Shown in pieces: positions 36,133 to 47,840 of a stretch of 64,000 bases of DNA. Origin of the DNA: Eledone cirrhosa (taxonomy: Eukaryota); contig OZ024746.1 of assembly GCA_964016885.1 (NCBI GenBank), positions 62,372,001-62,436,000 of the forward strand, in the 5' to 3' direction. The number at the start of each line of letters is the position of its first letter. Positions within the stretch are counted from its first letter, which is position 1. Position numbers and translations under genes: made by a program. Below the pieces are notes generated by a model. That model was not told the DNA's origin, ran no database searches, and worked only from the letters and a program-made list of their open reading frames with translations.

Positions 36133-39100
36133 TATCATCATCATCATCATCATCACCGTTTTACGTCCGTTCTTCCACGCTAGCATGGGTTAGACGGGTT
36201 GTCCTGTTGTGGGCAGTGTCTGGTCGGCTGACCATGCCTTGCTCATACAGGAACTGATCTGGCTTGATTTCTACAGCTGGATGCCCTTCCTAACACCAAC
36301 CTCATTCACAGTGAGTGCTGGGTGCTTTTTCGTGGCGCCTACACGTCCACTTTACAGTGTGGGCTGGGTGCTTTTTTGCCGTGGCACCTCCACGACCACC
36401 TTGCGGTGGGGGGGGGGGGGGGGGGGCATATTGTTTATATGCTTCAGCATGTACCCATGGGAGGTCGGGTACCCTGTATTACTGCGTGACGCCAGAAGTC
36501 ACGGTCGTGTGTCATTGACTTTGAGAGGTGTAGTTGGGTAAGGTCGGCTTTTATCACCTCATCCCAAGTCATCTTGGGTCTCCCCACTCCGCGGTTTCCA
36601 TCAACTTCTAGTGCTCTGCACCTTTTTATGCAGCTGTCATCCTTCATACGCATCACATGTCCATACCAGCGTAACCGCCTCTCCTGCACGCAGCATTTGA
36701 TTCCTCTTATGCTCAGTCTCTCTCTCAATTCATTTATGCTTTGTCGTTCACGTATATTACTGTTACACATCCATCGGAGCATGCAGGCTTCGTTTCTCTC
36801 TAATCTACGTAAGTCTTCCACCTTCAGCGCCCAGGTCTCACTACCATGCAACATCGCTGTTCGGATACACGCATCATACAGTCTGCCTTTCATTCTGAGG
36901 GAGAAGCCTTTTGCAGCTAGCAGTGGTAGTAGTTCCCTAAACTTCTTCCATCCCGTTCTTACCCTAGTTATTGTACTTTCTGAGCACCCACCTCCGTTGC
37001 TAATTCGGTCACCTAGGTAGCAGAAGCTGTCTACTGTTTCTACAGGGCCCTCCCAGAGATTGGTGGTACTTGTTTCCTGTGGCTGTTTGCTTGCTGTTTC
37101 AGCACAGCTGCTGCATGTGAATCCTACATTCTTAATTAAGCTTCCTGAGATCCCGCTACATCTCTTGTGTACCCATTGTTTGCATTTGGGGCAAAGAATG
37201 GAGTTCCTACCTACACCTTTCCTACATACTGAGCAAGGCCATTTCCCTGAGGGGATCTGGGTTCTGTTTTCTCGTCTACTTATAAGGACCTTAGTCTTTG
37301 TCATGTTGACTTTGAGGCCCTTTCTCTCTAGTCCCTGCTTCCAGGTTTGGAATTTATTCTCTAGTTCTACCATAGATTCAGCTATGAGTGCGAGGTCATC
37401 AGCATACAGGAGTTCCCATGGGCATCCGGTCTTAAACTCCTCCGTTATTGCCTGCAGGACTATGATGAACAGGAGAGGGCTAAGAACAGAGCCCTGGTGG
37501 ACCCCAACCTGTACGCTAAATTCCTCGCTATACTCATTGCCAATCCTAACTTTGCTGACTGCTCCCCTATACATGGCTTGTACCGCTTTCACAAGCCATT
37601 CATCTACTCCTAGTTTTCTAAGAGCCCACCAGATTACTGCACGTGGAACTCTGTCAAAGGCTTTCTCAAGGTCGACAAATGCCAAGTAGAGTGGCTTACT
37701 TTTAGCTAGGTACTTTTCCTGTAATTGCCTCACAAGGAAGAGCGCATCAGTGGTGCCTTTCCCTGGTACAAACCCAAATTGCATCTCGTCTATATTCACC
37801 CGGTCCCTAATCACCTGTGCTATAACTCTTTCTGTTACTTTCATGACCTGGTCCATCAACTTTATACCTCTATAGTTTCCTCTATCTAGTGCATCGCCTT
37901 TACCTTTGTAGCAGTTGACAATGATGCTACTGCACCAATCTTTTGGTATGGCCCCCTCTAGTATTACCTGGTTAACGATACGTGTGGTTATAGTGTGACC
38001 TACAGACCCAGATGCCTTCAGCATCTCGGCAGCTATACCCGATGGACCGGTTGCCTTCCCTATCTTCATATCTCTGATTGCCTTACTTACTACGCTGCCG
38101 CTGACTTGTACTGCTGGTCCCTCTATAGGGTCTACGTGGAGTAGGGTCTCTTCTTCCCATGCATTCTCCTCATTTAGTAATCTATCATAATGACTCTTCC
38201 ATGCATCTTTCTTCTCAGCACTTGTGAGGGCAAGCTCACCTTTATCATTCCGGATACACTTCTCTCCAATGACATCACAACTATCTCTGACACACTGCCT
38301 CGCAATCTTGAATACCTCCTGTTTCTGGTCCTCACGTTGTAAAACATGCTTGAATTTTCTATCCTCTGCTTCCCTCCTAGCTAAGTATACTTGTCGCCTA
38401 GCTTCCCTCTTGGTCTCTATGTAATGTACCCTGCTCCCCCCGTTCTTCCATTCTTTCCATGCCTGTCTCTTGGCCTTGACTGCTTCATCTACCTTATTGT
38501 TCCACCACCAAGTCACTCTCCTCCTGCTTGAGGTCTTACTCCAGCCACAAACCTCATCCGTCGCCTCTAGTAAGTTATTTTTTAGGAACTCCCAGTTCTC
38601 TTCTACGTTAAATGTCTCTATCTGTTCTTCTTTACTGTCGTAGGCGTTGAGTAAAATATCTTTAAATCTGTTACTGGTTGAGGGGACTTTCAGCTTCCAG
38701 ATCTTTCTTCTCCAGGTTGGCCTCTGTTTCAGGGCTCGTCTAGTTCTGACCGTGAGGTCGCTGACAACTAAGCTATGTTGGGATGTACATTCCTCACTAG
38801 GGAAGGCTTTTGTGTTTACGACCGTCCATCTGTCACGTCCTCTGATGAGGATAAAATCTAACTGACTAGAGTGCTCCCCTGATCTATAGGTGATCAGGTG
38901 GTTGTCGGGTTTTTTAAAGTTTGTGTTACATATCGACATGTCATTGGCGTCGCAGAATTCTAGAAGTCTGAATCCTTCCTCATTCCTTGTGCCAACTCCA
39001 TGGCCTCCATGTACTCTATTGAAGCCGTCGCAGTGTTTACCTACGTGTCCGTTAAAATCTCCTGCAATGATTAGGAAGTCCTTGTCGTCTGTTAGAGCAG

Positions 39101-39342
39101 TAGTGTGTATTAGGGACTCGTAAAACCTATCCTTAAGTTCGTCTGGCAGCCCCGATTGGGGTGCGTAAGCTGATATTATTGTGGTAATTGTCTTATTCAG
39201 GACTAGTCTGAGTTTAATGATTCTTGCATTTACCCTGTACACTGAGATTACTTTATCTACCCACTTGTCAGCTAATAGTATACCTACACCACCCATCCCA
39301 TCGTCATTTCCCACCCAGAAAAATTTGTAGCACTGGCTTTTT
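36133..39342 (-). mobile_element. RTE LINE subfamily A, near full length, 5'-truncated
   Basis: Single ORF, ~300-bp 3' UTR and (TGA)n tail. Confidence 0.95.
36444..39314 (-). CDS. RTE-clade APE endonuclease / reverse transcriptase ORF (956 aa, uninterrupted, N-terminus missing)
   Basis: EN motifs SAYAP, GDFNGH, LDFIL, SQH; RT motifs QFGF, DLEKAFD, GVHQGS, YADD; CSVC..CPKCKQWVHKRC..CSSC finger. Confidence 0.93.
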   Translation of the reverse strand: MGNDDGMGGVGILLADKWVDKVISVYRVNARIIKLRLVLNKTITTIISAYAPQSGLPDELKDRFYESLIHTTALTDDKDFLIIAGDFNGHVGKHCDGFNRVHGGHGVGTRNEEGFRLLEFCDANDMSICNTNFKKPDNHLITYRSGEHSSQLDFILIRGRDRWTVVNTKAFPSEECTSQHSLVVSDLTVRTRRALKQRPTWRRKIWKLKVPSTSNRFKDILLNAYDSKEEQIETFNVEENWEFLKNNLLEATDEVCGWSKTSSRRRVTWWWNNKVDEAVKAKRQAWKEWKNGGSRVHYIETKREARRQVYLARREAEDRKFKHVLQREDQKQEVFKIARQCVRDSCDVIGEKCIRNDKGELALTSAEKKDAWKSHYDRLLNEENAWEEETLLHVDPIEGPAVQVSGSVVSKAIRDMKIGKATGPSGIAAEMLKASGSVGHTITTRIVNQVILEGAIPKDWCSSIIVNCYKGKGDALDRGNYRGIKLMDQVMKVTERVIAQVIRDRVNIDEMQFGFVPGKGTTDALFLVRQLQEKYLAKSKPLYLAFVDLEKAFDRVPRAVIWWALRKLGVDEWLVKAVQAMYRGAVSKVRIGNEYSEEFSVQVGVHQGSVLSPLLFIIVLQAITEEFKTGCPWELLYADDLALIAESMVELENKFQTWKQGLERKGLKVNMTKTKVLISRRENRTQIPSGKWPCSVCRKGVGRNSILCPKCKQWVHKRCSGISGSLIKNVGFTCSSCAETASKQPQETSTTNLWEGPVETVDSFCYLGDRISNGGGCSESTITRVRTGWKKFRELLPLLAAKGFSLRMKGRLYDACIRTAMLHGSETWALKVEDLRRLERNEACMLRWMCNSNIRERQSINELRERLSIRGIKCCVQERRLRWYGHVMRMKDDSCIKRCRALEVDGNRGVGRPKMTWDEVIKADLTQLHLSKSMTHDRDFWRHAVIQGTRPPMGTC

Positions 39343-39574
39343 CATATATCACTGATTACTAATTAAATGACAGTAATTGTAGATCATTGGACTATATTTG
39401 TTTTTGAGTTCAAACCCCAAATGGGTCACCTTGCATCTTTCTGGATTTGCAGCTGATTAATCAGACCAATAATTCAAGGCAATCTAACCATGACCATCAT
39501 GTCTTTTATTCACACAATGTACCATTTGTAACATTGTGACTATGTTAAACATTATTATTATTCAGAGGTCAGAG

Positions 39575-39900
39575 CAGTGCATTGGTAGTGTAGTATTGGA
39601 CAACATGCTTTGCAGCATATAGTTATGGCCCTTTATCTTCTGACTTCAAATCCCGCTGAGGTTAGCTTTGCCTTTCATCCTTACAGGGTCGATAAGATAA
39701 CGTACCAGTAACACATAGGGGTCGATTTAATCAACTTTGCCTTCACCCCAAATGATATTAAATCCCACCAATGCTAACTTTGCTTTTCATCCTTATGGGG
39801 TCAATAAAATAAAGTATCAGTAATGCACTAGAGTCTATTTAATCTACTTTCCCCTTCCCTTTAAATTGCTGGCATTGTGCCGATTGTAGAAACAATTATT
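39575..39900 (+). mobile_element. SINE A copies (partial tandem)
   Basis: Family A core motif occurs twice. Confidence 0.75.
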
Positions 39901-40204
39901 ATTCAATAGTTTTATTTGTATTGTTCTTTCACTGCACAATATAACAGTTTTAACTCCCTAGGGTAACATTTTTAGCATTTTATTTTCTCATCATTATTAT
40001 TTCCACAGCACAACTCTCTATATCCCTCGAGTACCTGTATATAGTTTTCTCTTTTGTTTTACATCATTTATACTTTTTCATGCATTTGTGCATCATCAAA
40101 AACTGAGCTTTTAAATTTGTGCAATAAACTTTGGAAAATTGGTTTAATTCAATCTCCAGACATTTCTTTAACTTAGGTCTATGAAAGTTTAACAAGGAAA
40201 AAAA

Positions 40205-40560
40205 TGTCAGCTTTTAATACTGGAATATGTAGAATATGGAGTGGAAATCACTAGTGAGAGCTGATAAATAACAGCTTTTAATGTTGAAATATGGAGTGGA
40301 AATTAAGTGAGAGCTGACAACTGTCTCAACAAATATCAACTTTTAATGTTGGAATATGGTGTGGAAATCACTAATGAGAGCCAACATATATCAGCTTTTA
40401 ATGCTGAAATATGGAGTGGAAATTACTAATGAGAGCAGACAACTGTCAGCTTTTAATGTTAGAATATGGAATGGAAATTACTAGTAAGAGCTGGCAAATC
40501 AGCTTTTAATGTTGGAATATGGAGTGGAAATTACTAGTGAGAGCTGACAACTGTCTCAAC
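40205..40560. repeat. ~55-70-bp diverged minisatellite (6 units)
   Basis: CAGCTTTTAATGTTGGAATATGGAGTGGAAATTACTAGTGAGAGCTGACAA repeated. Confidence 0.85.
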
Positions 40561-42766
40561 ATATATGAACATTTCTAACCTCCCAACACCTAACCCACCT
40601 AAATCAGCAAAAATGGTTTCAGAATTTGTTAAATGGAAAAATTTAAAAGTAAAAAAAAAATATTTAAAAAAAAAGATCAAGACAATGGAAAAGAATTTGC
40701 AATAAAAAAAAAAATTAGAATAGAAATATAAACTCACTATTGGTTATTATTGGAGTTTGCTTGAGCTGTCTGATTACCGGCCAGCATCTGTAATTGATGA
40801 TAGGGGTGGTATGGAGTTTTGCGTAGGGCCTGGAGCAGGTTGGGTCGATAGTCAGGATCAATGCACCAGAGAGAGCCCTTTCCAATACTCTAAAGGGAAA
40901 AGAGAAAAGATAGAATTTAATATCACAAATGGTCAGATGTTTATTAGGTTGTTGTTATTATTTAGCCTAATAATTGTAAGGGGTCTAATTCCTTGGTCAT
41001 GCAGTGAGTTGTGTTCTTTATCAAGGCCTTTTATTTTTTATGTTACCCCAGTCCATTCAGCTGAAGATGAGTACCAGCAGCAATTTGGTGTTAGCCTTGT
41101 GACAGACAGCTCTCCCATCCGGGGGATAGTCTTGTACTCACAGTAGCTCAACTGAGATGAGCTGAGGCTTGATGAACTTCTAGGCTTGAGAGTGACCTTA
41201 ACTTTCATAAGAACGCCAATGATTAAAGATGTTATAGCCATGGCTATCCCATATTTGTTTTCATCTTAGTGTTCAGTCTGTCTTTTATTAAGAAGGGGCT
41301 TTGGCTGCCATTTCTAACAGGTCAAGTGAGTATATGGGAGCCCCCTTCAACGGCTGAACTTTTATCAGTTATCAACAATGTAGAAGCTTTTCAGTAGTTG
41401 TTTGACGCACCACAGTAAGTTAAGAACTATCAGGAAGCCAAATCTCCATCAATAAACCATGTACAGTCTTCAAAATAAGAGTAATGTGTTTCCAATGATA
41501 AATCTTAAAAACAGTATGTTCTTTGATAACATAAAATACTAGAGAGAATCATCAGAGCCAGTAGAAAGCTCATGCAAATGCTTTAGTCGATCAGATATGT
41601 TTGTACTCTAGAGATTTAAACTGAGCTGACATGGCCCTCTCAACAACAAAACCACAATGCAAGATTTTCACTTTTACCAAAACCAACGAACATTAAACAT
41701 TATAATCAAAAAATATTTCATGTAAAATATTAAATATTCTTCCATGTTTAACATCAAACTAAATAAACTTATACATGTCTCTTTTTTTTTTTTTAAAGAT
41801 ATTAATTTAAATTTCTAACAAGAAAAAAATGAATAAAATTTTCAGGCGTAAAAAAAATATCCTATTAGATTTCAGAAATATTTAATATTTATCAAATTTC
41901 AACATGGAATCAAATATTGGATCAAATGTTAGCATCTGTGTATTTGAATACTTTGGTTACAAAATAAATAAATATATAAATCTGTGTTCTTTCTTTTATT
42001 TTTCTTCTACAGTACATTGCTACCTATTTATCTATATAGTTCTCATGCACATTCAGACACACATACTCTGTCTCTCTCTTTCACACAAACACGCACACAT
42101 ATACACACACCCTCTCTCTCTGTCACACACACCTCTCTCTCTCTCTCTTTCACACACATATAGCTGAAGTGACAAAGTACAACAGGAAATGTAATAAGCA
42201 CATGAAAGCAATCCTTGCAAAGGTGGCCTGCAATATTTCAAAGCAACAACTTAACAAAAGCAACCACATGCAGTATCACACACAAATACATCAATTTATT
42301 TTATCAGGAAAATGAACTAAAATAGTTCATACACTCTACTTGAAACATTGAGTTCTTTATTTAGTTAACATTTCATTTTTTTTTTATATGTAACAACAAT
42401 CTTATCCCCATCAAGGAATAAATGGAATGTTTTGAGACAATGTTTTACAGTCAGATGCCCTTCCTGATGTCAACCATCTTAGTTACCTTTCATCACATAC
42501 AAGGATACAGTGCATCTACTTTAAAAGCTGGGATACACATTGTTTATCATCGGCATCATCAACACCACCATTCAACATGTTTTCCATGCTTGCATGAGCT
42601 AAACAGCTGTCATGTTCGGAGGACAGATTAGTTAGGTGACTATGTCCTGCTCATACGCTTTGTTTTGGCTTAGTTTCTATGTTTGGATGCCCTTCTTATA
42701 TATAATGTGTGTATGTGTATATATGTATAGAAATTACATTGTGGAAGAGTTATACCAACAGTTATA

Positions 42767-42987
42767 CCCATTAGCATTTAAACTGGCCATATCTGGTCAG
42801 AATTCTTTCATCTTTTTGTGTTCAAACCAGCCATAACTGACCACTCATACCAATGTTATGGTATTGTTCTCAAAATAAATAACATCAAAATCTTGTAGAT
42901 TCGATATTATGTGAGATATTTATCTGAGGTAAAGACTTTACCATGAAAATATAATAGTAAATATAGAGTAATGTAAATGCTAAAGGG
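42767..42987. mobile_element. piggyBac-like MITE
   Basis: Same family as 22941-23146. Confidence 0.75.
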
Positions 42988-44575
42988 TTATACAACACAG
43001 GAAAAGATTGTAAGAACAGAACATTTTGTTTTTTGTGTCGGTCATTCATCATTTGAGAAGAAGTCTTTATCTTGAAATATCATGAAGAAATATTTTGGGT
43101 AAAAACATTGTTTTGTCATCATTTTACCCCGGTACCATCTATATATTTCTATCTACATTGTACTAGTATTCCCAATACTCTATTATTTATTACACATGTC
43201 ACAATGCCTCATATAGCCTATGCCATTTTAAGAACACTGTTTGCAACACTCAGTGTTTTATTTTCTTTAAGAGAGGGCAAAGTTAACCTCGGCGAGATTA
43301 GAACTTAGAACGCAAAGGGCCATAACTCTATGCTGAAAAGCATGGTGTCTGGCGCTCTATCAATAATGCCAATCCACCGCCTTAAGGATAATAATAATAA
43401 ATAAATAATAATGATTTCATTTATTGGCCACAAGGGCCGGCATGTAGAGGACAATACAAAGACAGAAACCAATAAATAATAATAATAACAACAACAAGAA
43501 AAAAAATCATTCATCATCATCAGGTTTAAAGCCTTGTCATAAACATTGGACAAGAAGAAAAAGAGATGAAGAAGGAAAAGACAAAGAAGAAATTTATGTC
43601 TGTAAGTCATGACAACCATCTCACAGACGATGTTAATACAGACACTAAATCTATTCCATTTGGAAAACATTCTATACAGTTTCCAATTGGCAAGAATTTA
43701 ACCATTCAATGGTTTATTTAACCAATGTTCAGTTGGCTTGCTACTACAGACAGGGTGGTGGTTGTGATGGGGGGTTTTTTTTTTTAAATAAATGAGAATC
43801 TAAATACAAAGCTTTCTTCCAACAAACATGATTACAACACCATTTCTCCTTTTTTTCCACAGGGGCTACAGATACAGCATAAACTAAACAAATCTATTTT
43901 AAATGCACCATAGTTCCTTAACAACATTTGTTAGTGATCCATTGTTAATTTCTAAAATACATTAGTTTGCCAAAGAAAAGAAAAGAAAGAAAGAAAGAAG
44001 GAAAATGTCATTATCACTATATGGATTAATTGAATTTTCTGGAGAAATATCAAGCAGTAGAAAATGGTAATAAAAAAAAATAAAATACAAAATAAATAAG
44101 TAAAAACGTGGAGAGAGAGAGAGAGAGCAATGAAAACTTCAAACAACATCCAACAACAATTTTCCTACAACTATTGTTATACTGGAGCCCACAGTAAAAT
44201 ATATTACTGTGTTCTCTGTCTACATTGTTATTGTTGCTCTCCAACCCTCTTTTATTTTTATAGCTCTAAACATTTGCTCTATATTTTAACCCTTTTGTTA
44301 GCATATTTCTAATGAAATACAGTATGTGTTTCAATTAATTTTGAAAATAATCAAGAATTTAGATGGATTGAGCAAAATAAACTTCCTTGTTATTAGGGTG
44401 ATGTAGTTTGTTTGAAGCATTGTGTTAAGCAGAGAAAATAGTATTTCCATTGAAGGCTACCACAATGTGAATTAGATGGTAAATACTAAAAATGTGATGA
44501 TAACAAAGACGTAACCTTACTGTTCTTTATAGGTCCTTTTATATTTAGGGTAAAATCCTTTCATCAGAACCTTAA

Positions 44576-44782
44576 CCCTTTAGCATTTAAACCGGCTATA
44601 TTCAGCCAGAATTCTCTCGCCTCTTTCTGTTCAAACCGTTTGTAACCTGCCACTCATATTGATGTTAAGGTATTGTTCTCAAAATATATACTATCAAAAT
44701 CTCATAGATTCAATATTATGTGAAATAAAGCCTTTACTACAGAATATAATAGTAAATATAGAGTAATGTAAATGCTCAAGGG
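44576..44782. mobile_element. piggyBac-like MITE
   Basis: TTAA|CCCTTTAGCATTTA ... TAAATGCTCAAGGG|TTAA. Confidence 0.82.
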
Positions 44783-45622
44783 TTAATAGCTCTGAACATC
44801 ATTATCATATTTTTAACATTTACTGCCCAAGTAACATTGTGGCAGCTTTCAAATAAAACATTATTTTCTCATTATTAATTTGGTGTTGACCGAAGGTTTT
44901 TACATAAGTACAAATACTTTAAAATAAACCAGGGACAGTTTCATGCGATTTGGTATCAAATTGGTTATAGACCGCCTGTTACAGTTGATACTAATGACTG
45001 CTCTTTGCAGCAACACTTTTATCATTTGTCCACGAGGTGCAGCTAAAATACACTGTTCAACCAAAGGTGTAAAGCTTGTCCCCCACCTTTTTTTTCTCCT
45101 CTGCTTTCTCTTTAGGTTTTAATTTTGTGTTTTATGAATTCTAAAGCAAAAGTTTCTCTTTTAACTTCATTAGGATGTTTCCTGAAGGAGATTAGGTCAG
45201 CTTTAAAGTAAAGGTTGGTCAACTATGCTGGAATCCTATAACTAATTGATTCTTTCTTTCGAGTGTAGCATGATATAAAACAGAAATAACAACTACTTGT
45301 TCCATAAAGTTGATATAAAAAAAAGAAGGGAAGAAAAGATGATGGTGAAAAATTTGTAGATAATAGATTTGGTAGGTGTCTAAATAGTTGTACTTTAGCC
45401 CTAGGTCAACCTTTGTTGAACAGAACTATGAGCCATTTTATTCTTTTTTTATAGTTTCAAATTAACATCTCATGTGGCCTAACTACTTCCCACACAAATT
45501 AGTACCTCATATGGCCTACCTATCCTTCTCCCCAAATAGGGTCTCATGTGGCCTATATACCCCTCCTTTTTTAAATACTGCCTCATGTGGTCAATGTAAC
45601 CTCCTCCCCCCAAAACATGCTT

Positions 45623-45842
45623 AATAATGGTTTCTTATATAGGCACAAGGCCAGCAATTTTAGGGAGGGGAAAGTTGATTAAATCGACCCCCAATGCGTG
45701 ACTGGTACTTTATTTTACTGACCCCGTAAGATGAAAAGCAAAGTTAATCTCGGTGGGATTTGAACTCAGATCATAAAGGGCCATAACTCTATGCTGCAAA
45801 GCATGGCGACCAACCCTCTACCGACACTGCCAATCCACCGCC
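45623..45842 (-). mobile_element. SINE A full length, with apparent TSD AAACATGCT
   Basis: AAACATGCT flanks both sides (~45613 and ~45844). Confidence 0.85.
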
Positions 45843-46087
45843 CAAACATGCTAATAATGCCTGCATTACATCAGATTACATGAAATATAAACAGAGACTA
45901 AAAAAAGAAATACAAAACCCAGTAAATAATAATGATAATAATAAAAAATACTACAGTGTTAATTAATGTTAAGATGATGATTCATTAATTTGATTATCTT
46001 AGGTTATTGGGGTCTTTTTTTATTCTATGTTAATGTTGGTGAGATAGTAGTAGTAGTAGCAGCAGATGTGATGATAGCTGTATTTAA

Positions 46088-46876
46088 GTGATGGTGGTAG
46101 TGGTAGTAGTAGCAATAGTAATGGTGGTAGTAGTAGCAATAGTAGTGGTGGTGTTGGTGGTAGTAGTATCAATAGTAATGGTGGTGGTAGTAGTAGTAGT
46201 AGTAGCAATAGTAGTGGTGGTTACTACCACCACCACCACTACTATTGCTACTACTACCACTACTACCACCATTACTATTGATACTACCACCACCACCACC
46301 ACTATTGCTACTACCACCACCACCACCATTGATACTACTACCACCAACAACCACCACCACCATTGATACTACTACCACTAACAACCACCACCACCACCAC
46401 CACTATTGCTGCTACCACCACCACTACTACTATTGATACTACTACCACCACCACCATTGATACTACTACCACCAACAACCACAACCACCATTGATACTAC
46501 TACCACTAACAACCACCACCACCACCACCATATTGCTGCTACCACCACCACCACCACCACCACCACTACTACTATTGATACTACTACCACCAACAACCAC
46601 CACCACTATTGATACTACTACCACCAACAACCACCACCACCATTGATACTACTACCACCAACAACCACCACCACCATTGATACTACTACCACTAACAACC
46701 ACCACCACTATTGCTGCTACCACCACCACCACCACCACCACTACTACTATTGATACTACTGCCACCAACAACCACCACCACCACTATTGCTACTACTACT
46801 ACAACCACCACCACCATTACTATTGATACTACTACCACCAACACCACCACTACTATTGCTACTACTACCACTACCT
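46088..46876. repeat. (TAC/CAC)n-derived minisatellite with an internal strand inversion at ~46220
   Basis: Left part is the reverse complement of units on the right. Confidence 0.85.
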
Positions 46877-47123
46877 GATGCTAATTGAAAGAAAGAAAAT
46901 GAATGGAAATTACTTAGAGTATATTCTAATCAAACACGCACACACAAACAAACAAACACACACACACTCACAACAAAACCCTCCAAAGAAATGAAACAAT
47001 GTAGAGATAGAAATGTTTTTGAAGAATATTCTTGAGAGGTCTCACCTAATAATGAATTAATTATACCAATAAGATATTTCTTTCTGTACCTGTTTGACCA
47101 GAGAAACAGCAGGGCACACACAA

Positions 47124-47154
<31 letters not shown>

Positions 47155-47249
47155 GGGTGTCCCCAAAAATGTATACACACTTCAATAACATTCTAATAAA
47201 TATTGTCTGTATAGATAATCAAAGTATGTATACATTGGGGGGGGGGGGG

Positions 47250-47497
47250 GCTTGGTGGATTGGCAGTATCGGTAGAGGGTCGGACGTCATGCTTTGATGC
47301 AAAGAGTTACGTCCCTTTCCATTCTGAGTTCAAAACACTTCATTGTACGTTGCTCCAGTATACTCAGCTGGAAATGAGTACCAGCAATAGCGTCCTGTCC
47401 AGAAGGGAAGTTTTGTACTCTCAGTCGCTTCACGCCATGAAACTGGGATAAGCACCGGCCAAATGAGCCTTCTGGCTTAAAACAGACTTTAGACTTT

Positions 47498-47500
<3 letters not shown>
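47250..47500 (+). mobile_element. Chimeric SINE: family A head joined to a different body/tail
   Basis: A-type head up to GAGTTCAAA, then ACACTT..TTGCTCCAGT..CTCAGCTG..GAGTACCAGC..GCGTCCTGTCCAG; body related to 41045-41165. Confidence 0.55.
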
Positions 47501-47552
<52 letters not shown>

Positions 47553-47555
<3 letters not shown>

Positions 47556-47840
47556 AGGGGTAAAGACATGAATGACCATGGGATTTGCACATAGAAAGCT
47601 CTCCTCCAAGGCACAAGTCCAAGCAAGGTTGTTTGTGGAAGACCAGCAGTCGTCCAAGCAAACCAGCCTTCCCTCTCCACACCACTCATGTTGTCCAAGG
47701 AAGTCATCAGTGACATCGCAACTCAATTCTACAGCATTAAATAAAGTGTCTTGCTCAAGGACGCAATGCATCACCCGGTCTGAAAATCAAACTCACAACC
47801 TCATGATTGCAAGCCCAATGCTCTAACCACTAAGTCATAC
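47553..47840 (-). mobile_element. SINE with family B head/CORE and a third tail type
   Basis: B-type head at 47740-47840; tail CTGCTGGTCTTCCACAAACAACCTTGC..CCCATGGTCATTC. Confidence 0.6.

Noticed and set aside
36574-39123. Plus-strand ORFs overlapping the RTE
   Set aside because: Antisense shadow frames of the RTE ORF
40757-41241. ORFs 40757-41146 (+) and 41038-41241 (-) as host exons
   Set aside because: 41045-41165 matches the SINE body at 47350-47450; no recognisable protein motif
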